From Chiloscyllium plagiosum (Eukaryota), in the NCBI RefSeq assembly GCF_004010195.1, contig NC_057753.1:2067243-2131242 (forward strand): a stretch of 64,000 bases of DNA, read 5' to 3'. The position numbers were made by a program, and so were the translations under genes. Shown here piece after piece: positions 53,752 through 64,000 of the stretch (position 1 is the stretch's first letter; each line of letters starts with the position of its first letter). The notes beneath the pieces are model-generated. The model saw only the letters and a program-made list of their open reading frames with translations. It ran no database searches and was not told where the DNA came from.

Positions 53752-54338
53752 TTAGAACATAGAACATAGAACAATACAGCACAGAACAGGCCCTTCGGCC
53801 CACGATGTTGTGCCGAACATTTGTCCTACCTTAAGCACCCATCCATGTACCTATCCAATTGCCGCTTAAAGGTCACCAAAGATTCTGACTCTACCACTCC
53901 CACAGGCAGCGCATTCCATGCCCACACCACTCTCTGGGTAAAGAACCCACCCCTGACATCTCCCCTATACCTTCCACCCTTCACCATAATGTTATGTCCC
54001 CTTGTAACACTCTGTTGTACCCGGGGAAAAAGTTTCTGACTGTCTACTCTATCTATTCCTCTGATCATCTTATAAACCTCTGTCAAGTTACCCCTCATCC
54101 TTCGACGTTCCAACGAGAAAAGGCCTAGCATTCTCAACCTATCCTCGTACGACCTATTCTCCATTCCAGGCAACATCCTGGTAAATCTTCCCTGCACCCT
54201 CTCCAAAGCTTCCACATCTTTCCTAAAGTGAGGCGACCAGAACTGCATACAGTACTCCAAATGTGGCCTAACCAAAGTCCTGTACAGTTGCAACATCACT
54301 TCACGACACTTGAATTCAATCCCTCTGCTAATGAACGC
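53752..54338 (-). mobile_element. Young 5'-truncated CR1 3' fragment
   Basis: Uninterrupted ORF MMLQLYRTLVRPHLEYCMQFWSP...FFTQRVV..WNALP; (CTATGTT)n tail. Confidence 0.88.
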
Positions 54339-55142
54339 TCTATCTTGCTCGTGTTTTTTTTTTAATTCTCATGCCTTTATGGTCGGACATAAACGACATC
54401 ATACTTTTGTTTTCATCATTTAAATTAGAATCGTATTCCACATTTTTGTGTGAAACATTTTGTAAAACGTGTGATTGATGTGACATATCGATGTGAGTGC
54501 AAAGTCTTTTTATTGATAATTTTTGAAATTGTGGCACAAATGCATGGAACACAAACCATTTTATTCATACTCACAGATGCTTGTCATATATAGAAAAAAA
54601 TGATTATTATAATTGGAAGCAAACCTTTTTAAATTCACAAAGTCATTAGTCACGTTTAATGTATGATAGTCTCCGATGCAGAACGGTAGATACTGAAAAG
54701 TTTTAAGTTCTTTTCACAGCATTGAGAACTCTTTCCTTTCAGAAACCACGCTCATGTATGGCACTATTCAAAAGTTTCACTGCCAGTAACAAATCACACG
54801 GACTGCAAACATAGAAGTGCAGAAAGACGAAGCAATTCATTCAAATAAGGATATGTTTTTATGATATCTTCATTCTTTTAGAAAGAACGTGGTTCAATCA
54901 GAAAATAACTGTGAACTTATCATGATTACCACCACTTCTTTAAATTACACATGCTGTTACGTTCAAAAAGGTTCCCTGTACTGTCTTGTGTTTCATAGTG
55001 GGTCTATGTATTGAGCAGAAATTGATAAATTACAGGATGCATTTTGTGTGTAGAAAACTTTTATTTTATGGTATAAGTTCCAGTTGAGTATTAAGGATTT
55101 TTTGACAATATGCATTATTTAAAAATAAACAACAGCGAATCA

Positions 55143-55580
55143 TTGTAAAGGTTCCAATAAGGATATTTACCGACCTGCTCCAGCGAGCATATCTTTTGCT
55201 TTTCTCTGTTGAACGACCATGAAATATTATTCGCATAATGCTTAAAACTGACTAAGTTGTCACATTTAGCAGAAAACAGATGCCTTGAGAATAAAATAAA
55301 AATGTAGTTCCTACTGTTTTAACTGTGAATGATGACTTGATGTGAACAGTGTACTGTTCTGTTGTAAAGGTTCCAATGAGGATATTTACCGACCTGCTCC
55401 AGCGAGCATATCTTTTGCTTTTCTCTGTTGAACCACCATGAAATATTATTCGCATAATGATTAAAATTGACTAAGTTGTCACATTTAGCAGAAAACAGAT
55501 GCCTTGAGAATAAAATAAAAATGTAGTTCCTACTGTTTTAACTGTGAATGATGACTTGATGTGAACAGTGTACTGTTCTG
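55143..55580. repeat. Tandem duplication, 2 x 219 bp
   Basis: 55143-55361 and 55362-55580 differ at 4 positions by hand count. Confidence 0.92.
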
Positions 55581-58013
55581 TAACTTGTCAGTGACAGTTG
55601 TGGTGCAAAAGTGTCAGCAGGAGACAGGTGCACTTGCGATACTAACGGTAGTTTTTCTTCTCAAACTGATTCCGAACTTGAAAGACAAAGGACACTGATA
55701 AAGAGATTTCGTGGAAGATATTTCAGCACCTGCGCACACTGCTGACAAAGTATATTCACTCCCACGTTACATTTCATGCTGAAATCATTAAAATGATAAC
55801 TTAAGTAAGATCGAAATTGACACGGAATTAGTTTAATGTGATACATGAAATGCTAAGGTGGTTACTTGTGCGTCCATGTAACTTACGCTGACATACAACT
55901 ACGAAGCAAACATTTAGGGAAAGCCTTTATGAGGTTTAAATCTTTACAAAATGCTTTGTTAATGTAGCCATTGTATAGAATTTCGAACCTGCAAAAACCA
56001 TTTTTAACCGGTTCACGGCGGGAAGACCTTTTCAGCAAAACCTTTCTTTCGTCACTACTGAAACGCAAAAGGAAATATTAACACAGTAAGCTGTGAAAAG
56101 AACAAAATGAGTGAGAACTGATATTCTCTTAGTCGTGGGGCCAGTATTGGTTAGGACACAGGGTTCTCGTACTCTGCAAATGGCATTTTGGAATATTCAA
56201 TCTCCTCCTACGGAATATGCTTGGCCCTCCTTTTGATATCTCATTCAACACAGAACACCGAACATTTCATCCACCATCTATTGATCCTTTAGCTTTATTT
56301 CCAAGTGTAAGCCTGGGAATGGGAGTTCATTCAGTGTGCAGTTGTCGCATTGTGCCACTCTCTGACAAGTCAACAATTGGTGGAATACCATATAATGCAG
56401 GTGGCAACATTCTTCTTCGAATGGGTGCGTTTAGAAGAAGTGTCTAAAAAGGGATAGACAAATGCGAAGACCGCAGGATTTATGGGGTGAATCCAAAGGT
56501 TATGAGCGCAATAGCTGAAAAAATTACTGGAACTGATATAATGATTTAATTCATGAAGAGCAGGGATCTTGGAATATTTTTGAAGCGGGATAAAATGCAG
56601 ACTTAGAGGCGAGCTCATGGAGTGATTTGATTGAAATAAATAAATGAATGAATTTTCTGAAATAATGGCGCTTCTTAATTTGAATAAACCAGGACTGCGA
56701 GAACGGAGGTCAAAGTGAACTTACGATGTTGCAAACTGACAAAAGATCTCTGGTGTGCTCCAGTTGTTGGATTTCAGTAAATGGAACGGAGATCAGGTCT
56801 AGGCCTGGTGAACATAATGGCAATGGTTTTAGAAGTGCAAGATTATTGAGAACACTGTTACACTGGTGAAGCATATATAGAAAGTAAAGAAAAAAGATTA
56901 TAGCATTCCCATAATTCGAATAATGTCTCCTTGTTTCCATTCAGTTTCACCGTCACCTTATACCATTAGATGAAATGTATTCAATTTGAATTTTTTTTTA
57001 AAACCGGGATACTGGACGGAACAGATTTTCACTCAGAAACTGAGTGTGATGACAAGGCGCAGATATGTGGCACGGGTTGAAACAGTCGAATACTATCGGG
57101 CGGACAAGAAGGCGGGGAAGTGTGGTGATCGTCTCTTAGCCTCGGCTATGATATTCTGCAATTTACATCAAAATTGGAAGTAAACTGAAATTGCCAGATG
57201 AACATGACTTTTCCATTCATTCTTTTTCTTCTGTCTTCCATCCTCCCTATAGCACCATTTTTCATTCCATGCCTTCTGTCCAACAGTCTTACTTCCGTCA
57301 TTGCTATCTCATTATCGTCCTGCACTCTTTACCCGATTGTTCTGCATTTCTTAAATACACATCGTGGACTTTCTGTGTGATTATTCCCGTGCACATGCAC
57401 ATGCTGCGGGGTCCCCGAAATGTACTCTACTGTTTGTCAGTTGACATTTCCATTTCACACTGTATATGGGATATTGGATCTTCTTACTAGTGTCAAATGC
57501 TGAGGTCAGCCAAATTGAGTTTCCTTGCTTCTTGGATAAGCAACTGCATGCATTTTTTTCCTGATTTCGTTATTGATTGACTCCATATTTATAGACTGTA
57601 TAAATAAAAGAGATGAAGACCTGTGCTTACATAGCAACTTGCGTGATTTCGGGATTTCACAGAGCCGAGATGACATTTCACCATTAAAGCTGTTTTTGGA
57701 TGGAATACGTTACTAAAAGTTGTTCCAGGGCGTTGGAAGAACAGTGCCCCATTTCTAAAAGACAACACGAGTCTTGAATATGCACCAGAGGAAACAAATG
57801 ATACCCATTTCTACACTTCATTCAAATAATCTCTCAGTACTTCATTGAAACACCATCAGACGTTTCTAGTGCAGATCTCAGTATATGAATTCTATTTTTT
57901 TATTATTCAATGGAAAAATTGATCTCTCTGATCTACAGTACTAAGGGACTGACAGGATTACGACGAATAGATGAAGCAGAGAATTCAGAAAGTGCACCTC
58001 ACTTGCAACTGAT

Positions 58014-58052
58014 CGTTTTTGTATCAGTACCAAGGATACATGTACCATGGTG
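58014..58052 (-). promoter_or_regulatory. 23-bp-spacer recombination signal sequence (RSS)
   Basis: Heptamer CACCATG (58052-58046), 23-nt spacer, nonamer ACAAAAACG (58022-58014), immediately after YYCAAVK. Confidence 0.9.
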
Positions 58053-58360
58053 CTTCACAGCCGCACAATAATACATGGCTGAGTCAGAAAGTTGGGTGCC
58101 TCTGATTGTTAAAGGAATATTTGTATTTAATCTGTCCTGTTCAGCAGAAAATCGTTTGGCAAAAGTCGGCGCATTGCGTTGATTACCAGAAGTGTGTGTG
58201 ACCAGTATATATTGAAGGCTTTTTCCCGAGAACTGCACATACCAGAACAGATCAGCGGCTGTGTATGTCATAGGGTACTTACAGGACAACACCACAGTCT
58301 CCCCTTCACTCACTGATATTACTGGTGGTATTTGGGAAAGTTCATCCTGTCGGCAAAGTT
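58053..58360 (-). CDS. T-cell receptor alpha/delta-type variable gene segment, V exon
   Basis: Acceptor ttttttccag at 58361; V-set motifs V.LSC.Y, LFWYVQ...SLQYIL, RFS, LTI...QLSDSAMYYCA; followed by a 23-RSS. Alpha versus delta cannot be resolved by eye. Confidence 0.9.
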
Positions 58361-58750
58361 CTGGAAAAAAAAGGTTATCCATGTACTTTTTATGGGTAAC
58401 TTTTTTCTGTTACTTTGGATGAAATTCCTGATGGAATACGTGCACATACAAGTCATATCCATTCTAGTATTCAGCTACACGCCTTTCATTTAGGTCATTC
58501 GAAACTATCTACTATGCAGTTCGACTCTGAATATGTTCTTTAGTCCAGACAGCAGGTCCCGACAGAGCATACCTTACTCCAAGTCTCTCATTGTGACAGG
58601 AACAGGTCTGCTACTTTCAATACCAGGCGACACTGGCTGTGATAAAAGTCGCAGTAACCAAGTGTCAAGGACGGATAGAAATATAAATGAAACATAATGA
58701 ACAATGAAAATAACAAACACGCTAATATTACAATCTCACAAAATACTTAC

Positions 58751-58838
58751 TTGGCTGAAACATTATCAGGAAAAATAACACTTTCCCAGAGACTGTTTGA
58801 GTCCAGAAGACACATTGGGAATGGTAAAAAACGTTCAT
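58751..58838 (-). CDS. Leader exon of the TCR V segment
   Basis: MNVFYHSQCVFWTQTVSGKVLFFLIMFQP+A|GTAAGT. Consensus donor, phase 1, splices in frame to the V exon across a 390-nt intron. The start codon is less certain than the donor. Confidence 0.7.
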
Positions 58839-59601
58839 GCTGTTTCCTTAGTTAATACTCTATCTTCGATGGAAGTATGTGCTGTACGCTGCCTTAGCTT
58901 TTACAAGCTCATGAATCTGCAACTTAGAGATGCTATGAAAAACACATAATCTATTTAGCAACCCAGCCGTTGATAATTACCAAGAACGAAGGGGTGGGAA
59001 AAGCAAACAACGTGAACAAATCAGAAGAAACTTCATCATTCCAACTGCATGTGATCCTCTGCGGTGACTTTCACGAAAGATTGCCATTGTAACAAATTGA
59101 AGTAAAGACAGTTTTGCATATACTTTCTAATTGTTAGTCATTTAGTAGAAGTCGGTGACCATCTCTATGGAAGCATTTATTGATGATTCCTGATTGTCCT
59201 TCAAAGGTAGATGTAAGCTGATTTCTTAATGTTATACTGTCTTTGACACACAGTTAAGATTGGAATTCCATTAGGCTAACATAGGGAGAAGAAGAGACAG
59301 AATCTGCGACCTTTTTCTGTCCAAGTGGTAGACGTCATGGTTCTGTAAGGAGCTCGGAGTTCTACTTGAGTTGTTACAAATACTTTATCGTTGGTTTCTA
59401 TGGGAATAAGGAATGATGACGTTAATGGATCTTATGCTGATCAAGCAGTTTGCTTTGCCTTAGGTTGCGTCGATCCTTATGAGTGTTGATGGAAACACGT
59501 TCTTCCAAGCAAGTGGAGAGTATTTCATCACATTTTTCACTGACACTTTGATGATTTTAAAGAGGCTGTCAGGAGTCTAAAGTGATCGGCTCTCGTTGTC
59601 A

Positions 59602-60028
59602 GGTAGGTAAAAACAAGAACTGCAGATGCTGGAAACCAGAGTTTAGATTAGAGCGGTGCTGAAAAAGCACAACAAGTCAGGCAGTATCCGAGGAGCAGGA
59701 AAATCGACGTTTCGGGCAAAAGCCCTTCATCAGGAATAGAGGCAGGGTGCCTGCAGAGTGGAGAGATAAATGAGAGGGTGTGGGGGTGGGGAGAAAGCAG
59801 TATAGAGTACAATAGGTGAATGGGGATGGGAATCGAGGTGATAGGTCAGAGAGGAGGGTGGGGAAAGGTCGCAAAGAATACATCCCCACCCCCATCTCAT
59901 TTATCTCTCCACTCTGCAGGCACCTTGCCTCTATTCCTGATAAAGGGCTTTTGCCCGAAACATCGATTTTCCTGCTCCTCTGATGCTGCCTGACCTGCTG
60001 TGCTTTTCCAGCACCACTCTAATCTAGA
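59602..60028. mobile_element. Inverted pair of Penelope pseudo-LTRs with about 12-bp TSD
   Basis: About 59642-59791 is the reverse complement of about 59884-60028; CTCTCGTT(G/A)TCA at 59590-59601 and 60029-60040. Confidence 0.85.
59702..59737 (-). ncRNA. Minimal hammerhead ribozyme motif (PLE family 1)
   Basis: Minus strand ATTC-CTGATGA-A-GGGC-TTTT-GCCC-GAAAC-GTC-GATT; intact core boxes. Confidence 0.7.
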
Positions 60029-60399
60029 CTCTCGTTATCACTCGTGGCTGCTGACACAATCCACTTGTTACAATATGAAAATGCATAACCCACTTCAGGC
60101 TCTGGTTATTGTCATCCACAGGACGTTGATAGTGGGAGATGGAGTGATGACAATGCCACTCATTATCAAGAAAATAGAGAAAGGTTCTGTCATTTTGGAG
60201 ATGACCATTGACAGATCTTTTTGTGGTATGAAAATTGCTGCCATTTTATCAGGCCAACATTGGCATTTTCCAATTCTTTCGGTCTTTACTTATCAGAAGC
60301 CTCATTCCATGAAGAGTCACAAGAGAAAGTTATGATAGCTGCCGATTTTAGTGGGGATGGCGTGGTTCTACAACATGTTCCAATTAATGATGTGGAGGA

Positions 60400-61320
60400 A
60401 TTATATTTATTGTAGGGGGTATAAACTTCACAAATCCACAAGATCTGATGCTACGTACTCCAGGCTGCTTTGGGAAGCAAAGGGGGCAGATTACTGGGCT
60501 CTGGTAGAGGTATTTGATAATTCTTTTGCTCAAGATGAGCAGCAGGGATAGGCTAGGTAATTACAGGTTGGTTATTCTGAGGTCAATGGTCGGGAATGCA
60601 TTGGAAGAAGTTATGAGGGTCAGGATTAATCAACACAGGGAAAACCATGTGTTGATCAGGGATAGTCAGCACGGATTTATTACAGGGAGATCTTGTCTGA
60701 CTAATTTCATTGAGTTTTAATTTGAAAATGTGGCAAAATACACTGAACAGTGTCGTGCAGTTATTGTGTTTACATGAATAATGTCCTACAGAGAAGGTAA
60801 GGACCCATTTATTTAAGGCCAGTTGACAAATTGGTTCCAAAATTGCCTTGCAAGCAGGATACGAAGTTTGATGCTGAACAGTTGCTTTTTTGATTGGACA
60901 AGTAGTATGCGACAGAAATCAGTGTTGAGGCCCCTGTTATTATTTTACGCATTAACAATATGGATGTCAGTGTAGTTTGTATAATAAATAAACTTGCAGA
61001 TTACACGAAAATTGGTGTTGTTGATGAAAGTGAGGAGGATGATCTCAGGCTACAATCTCATATTGAGCTGCTGATCAACTGAACATGACACAGAAACAAA
61101 ATCGCCTGCAAAGATTATTTGGAATTGAGAATGCAGAACTTAATAGCATGGCCGAAGCAAGTTCAATGATTTAGAAGAGAAATTGGATCGACAGCGGAAG
61201 GACTCCAAATTGTAAGAACGTCTTGAAAGATCAGAACCATACTGTTCTCCAGAAGAATTAGTGTAAATACATCACGTTGAATAACTCATGTGTTGTGCGA
61301 CTCCGTGAATCTATAACAGG
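60400..61320 (+). mobile_element. Decayed CR1 RT fragment
   Basis: GNYRLV, SQHGFITGRSCLTNFIEF motifs. Confidence 0.7.
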
Positions 61321-63559
61321 AGTAATGTTAACTTGAAATGATTTGATTGCGTTGTGGGTACACAAGCATCTCAATCGGCAATCATTGAAGACTCTTTTCA
61401 TCAGTACGATATTAAACCATGATAAACGTTTTTACCATGTCAGCAATACCAATTAACTATCGGAATTTAGATCATGGAAAATGGGGCTCCCACATTGCAT
61501 CCCACACTATTATAACATTATTGTGTTGAACAAGACATTAACATAATGTGACAAATGAATTATGTTCTGATGTTTTCTTTTCAGAAGAAAAGTCAGTATA
61601 CTGCAGGAATTATCTAAAATTTGTACAGTTTTTTTTTAGATGTGCAGTTCAAGCTGTCCATTCTGGTCATTGTTATCTTCAAATAAAATTGCAAAGCATG
61701 TAATAGTCATACTCTCCATTTTCAATCTATCATACTCATGTGTTTTTATTTTCCATCACAGAACGACTCAAAACATTTTGTTAGAAACGTTATTTGCCTT
61801 AAATCCATATCTAAACAATTCCAAGAACTTTGCTTATCTGGCGTCACTTCCTTTATGTTGTCCTTCTATGATTGTTTTTCACAACTCTTCTATAGCTACG
61901 AAAACCACCTCTGTTTTATTTTTTTAGCCATCCGAGCTTTGTAGATTTCCAAAATGATTTCTCAGATTGAAATACCAGTTTGCCACTACCAATGATTGCT
62001 TATAATGCACCTCAAACTCCACCTAGACAAATTCAATAAAATAAATTGGTGTGTTTTCATATTGGTGCAGTCACTCTGATCATGATACTTCAATTAAAAA
62101 CAAAACAGATTACGTGCAGCTGAATCAATCGACGACAAATTATTCAATATGTTCAACTTTCAACACGATGTTAATAATATGCTCACTTGGTAAATGGCCC
62201 ATACTTAACTATGCTTGCAGACTTTTTTCTCTGACCTTCGAGGTGTTCCATGCAAGCATGCACTATTACATTCTATTTCAGTTTGTTTATTCTTGCCAGA
62301 AAATGCCTTCATTTATTGGTCCATGTTTCAAGAATGCATCAGCCATTACGCTTTCTCGTCCTGCTCCACGTATAATTTTCAAAATTAATGGGTGTAAAGC
62401 TCCATCTGAACAGTATGGAATTGTTGTCCTTAACTTTCTCCAAAAAAAAACTTTAATGGATTATGATCAGTATATATGATTGTCACAGGTACATTACAGG
62501 CAACATAAATGTTGAAATGTTTTAACGCCAACACCAGGCTCAAAGTCTCCTTCTCAATTATTGAATATTTCTATTGATGAATGTTCAGTTTCCTAGAGAA
62601 ATGACCGTTAGGTCTTTCTATCTTCTCGTCGTCCTCTTGTAAGAGTAGAATACCAAACCCACATCACTCGCATCTATAAAAATCTTGATTGGTTTTGCAT
62701 ATTAGACGTGGCTAATACGAGGGCAGTGGTTAACATAACTTTCTGTCTGTTAAATGCTTTCTTGCAGTCCACCATCCACTGAAATTGCTTGCATTTATTT
62801 AGTAATTCAGTGAGTGGAGCAGCCGCCTTAATAATTCGGTACGAATTTCTGATGAAATCCAGTCAATCTCAACAGCTGTGGTACTGCTCCCTCTGTCGAA
62901 GATGTGGGGAACTCGCCATAAACGTTTGTTTTCACATTTCATGGGCCATCTGTCCATATCTGATAACATGACCCGGAATGTGACTTTGGCTTTGGCGAAT
63001 TCAGTTTTAGCCAAGTGTATCATCAGATTGCCTCAGGAAGTCGATTAAATAGTTATGATAAATGCAGCAAATATTCCTTCCATGTGTGACTAAAAATCAT
63101 CAGGTCATGGACGCACACCATACAACCGGGTAATCCAGAAATGACTTTATTGGTTAGTCTCTGAAATGTGGTTGGCGCATTTTTCGTACCAAATGGCATG
63201 ACTTTAAACTAATACAGTCCATTAAAGTCCGTTACAAAAGCCGAAACTATCTTTGCGGTTTTGCATGAAGATAGCTACAAATATCCTCTGAGTAAGTCCA
63301 ACATAGAAATATACGTTGCTTGTCCCACCTTCACCCCACGTCTTCGAAACGTGGAATTGGATACGAATCAGACATTAAAACTGCATTATTTTTATGATAA
63401 ATAACATTAACATTGAGTACCGTCTGGTTTCGGCACCATTACTGTGGATAAACTCCAGTCACTGCTACTCACTTTTGTTGTGTGATCTTGCAGAACGCCT
63501 TCAATCTCTTGTCGAACCTGTGCTAACTTCAGAGGTTTAAGTCTATAAAGATTTGCTTA

Positions 63560-64000
63560 CAAATGGAGAATGTGAAGATAAAACCCAATTCCACGGTGCT
63601 GTGCTTGAACAAGGGGGACTACAACAGAATGAGGGAGCCCTTGGCTAGAGTAGACTGGAAACAAAGATTTTATGGTGAGACTATTGACGAGCCGTGGAGG
63701 ACTTACAAATATGTTTTTCAAATGGCTCAGCAAACGTATATTCCAGTGAAAAGGAAGGACTGCAAGAAAAGAGGTAATCTGTCATCAGTACCGAAAGAAA
63801 TAAGGGAGGCTAACAAATTGAAAGAGAAGGCATACAAAATTGCCAAAAACAACTTAAAACTAGAAGATTGGGAAAACTTTAAAGGTTAACAGAAAGCCAC
63901 AACAAGAGCTATAAAGAAAAGTAAGATAGAGCATAAAACAAAACTAACACAGAATAAAGAGGCACATAGCAAACGTTTCTATATGTACATAAAACGAAAA
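63560..64000 (+). mobile_element. CR1 ORF2 linker fragment, running off the right edge
   Basis: LNKGDYNRMR..LARVDW..., W..FK, K.FY.YIK motifs. Confidence 0.7.

Noticed and set aside
62688..62730. Weak 23-RSS-like spacing (CACTGCC...GCAAAACCA, minus strand)
   Set aside because: No YYC or V-domain sequence adjacent; similar weak hits near 56014 and 57440 also lack coding segments.
1..64000. Prokaryotic systems (CRISPR arrays, operons) or rRNA/tRNA genes
   Set aside because: No repeat-spacer arrays, gene-dense ORFs or intact RNA genes seen; the sequence is intron-containing vertebrate DNA.

Overview
Repeat-rich vertebrate genomic DNA. It is most likely from a cartilaginous fish (shark), inferred from the CR1/V-SINE/Penelope repeat mix and the gene families; it is not prokaryotic. 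Host content is all on the minus strand: (1) two paralogous two-exon GPR139/GPR142-like class A GPCR genes, one complete (329 aa; exons 34572-34503 and 32973-32054) and one running off the left edge (2033-1964 and 407-<1), plus a decayed 3' fragment of a third copy (23166-23281); (2) a T-cell receptor alpha/delta-type V gene segment with leader exon (58838-58751), V exon (58360-58053) and a 23-bp-spacer RSS (58052-58014) that points toward the GPCR cluster. I found no D, J or C segment. The rest is old segmental duplication and nested mobile DNA: a near-full-length CR1 LINE inserted in a decayed Ty3/Gypsy element with Gmr1-type domain order (PR-IN-RT-RH), many Penelope-like fragments of two families carrying minimal hammerhead ribozyme motifs (several as inverted pairs with target-site duplications), V-SINEs, a Tc1/mariner-like MITE, a 219-bp tandem duplication and a 500-N assembly gap. 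Repeat boundaries were read by eye and are approximate; exon, RSS and TSD coordinates were counted by hand.
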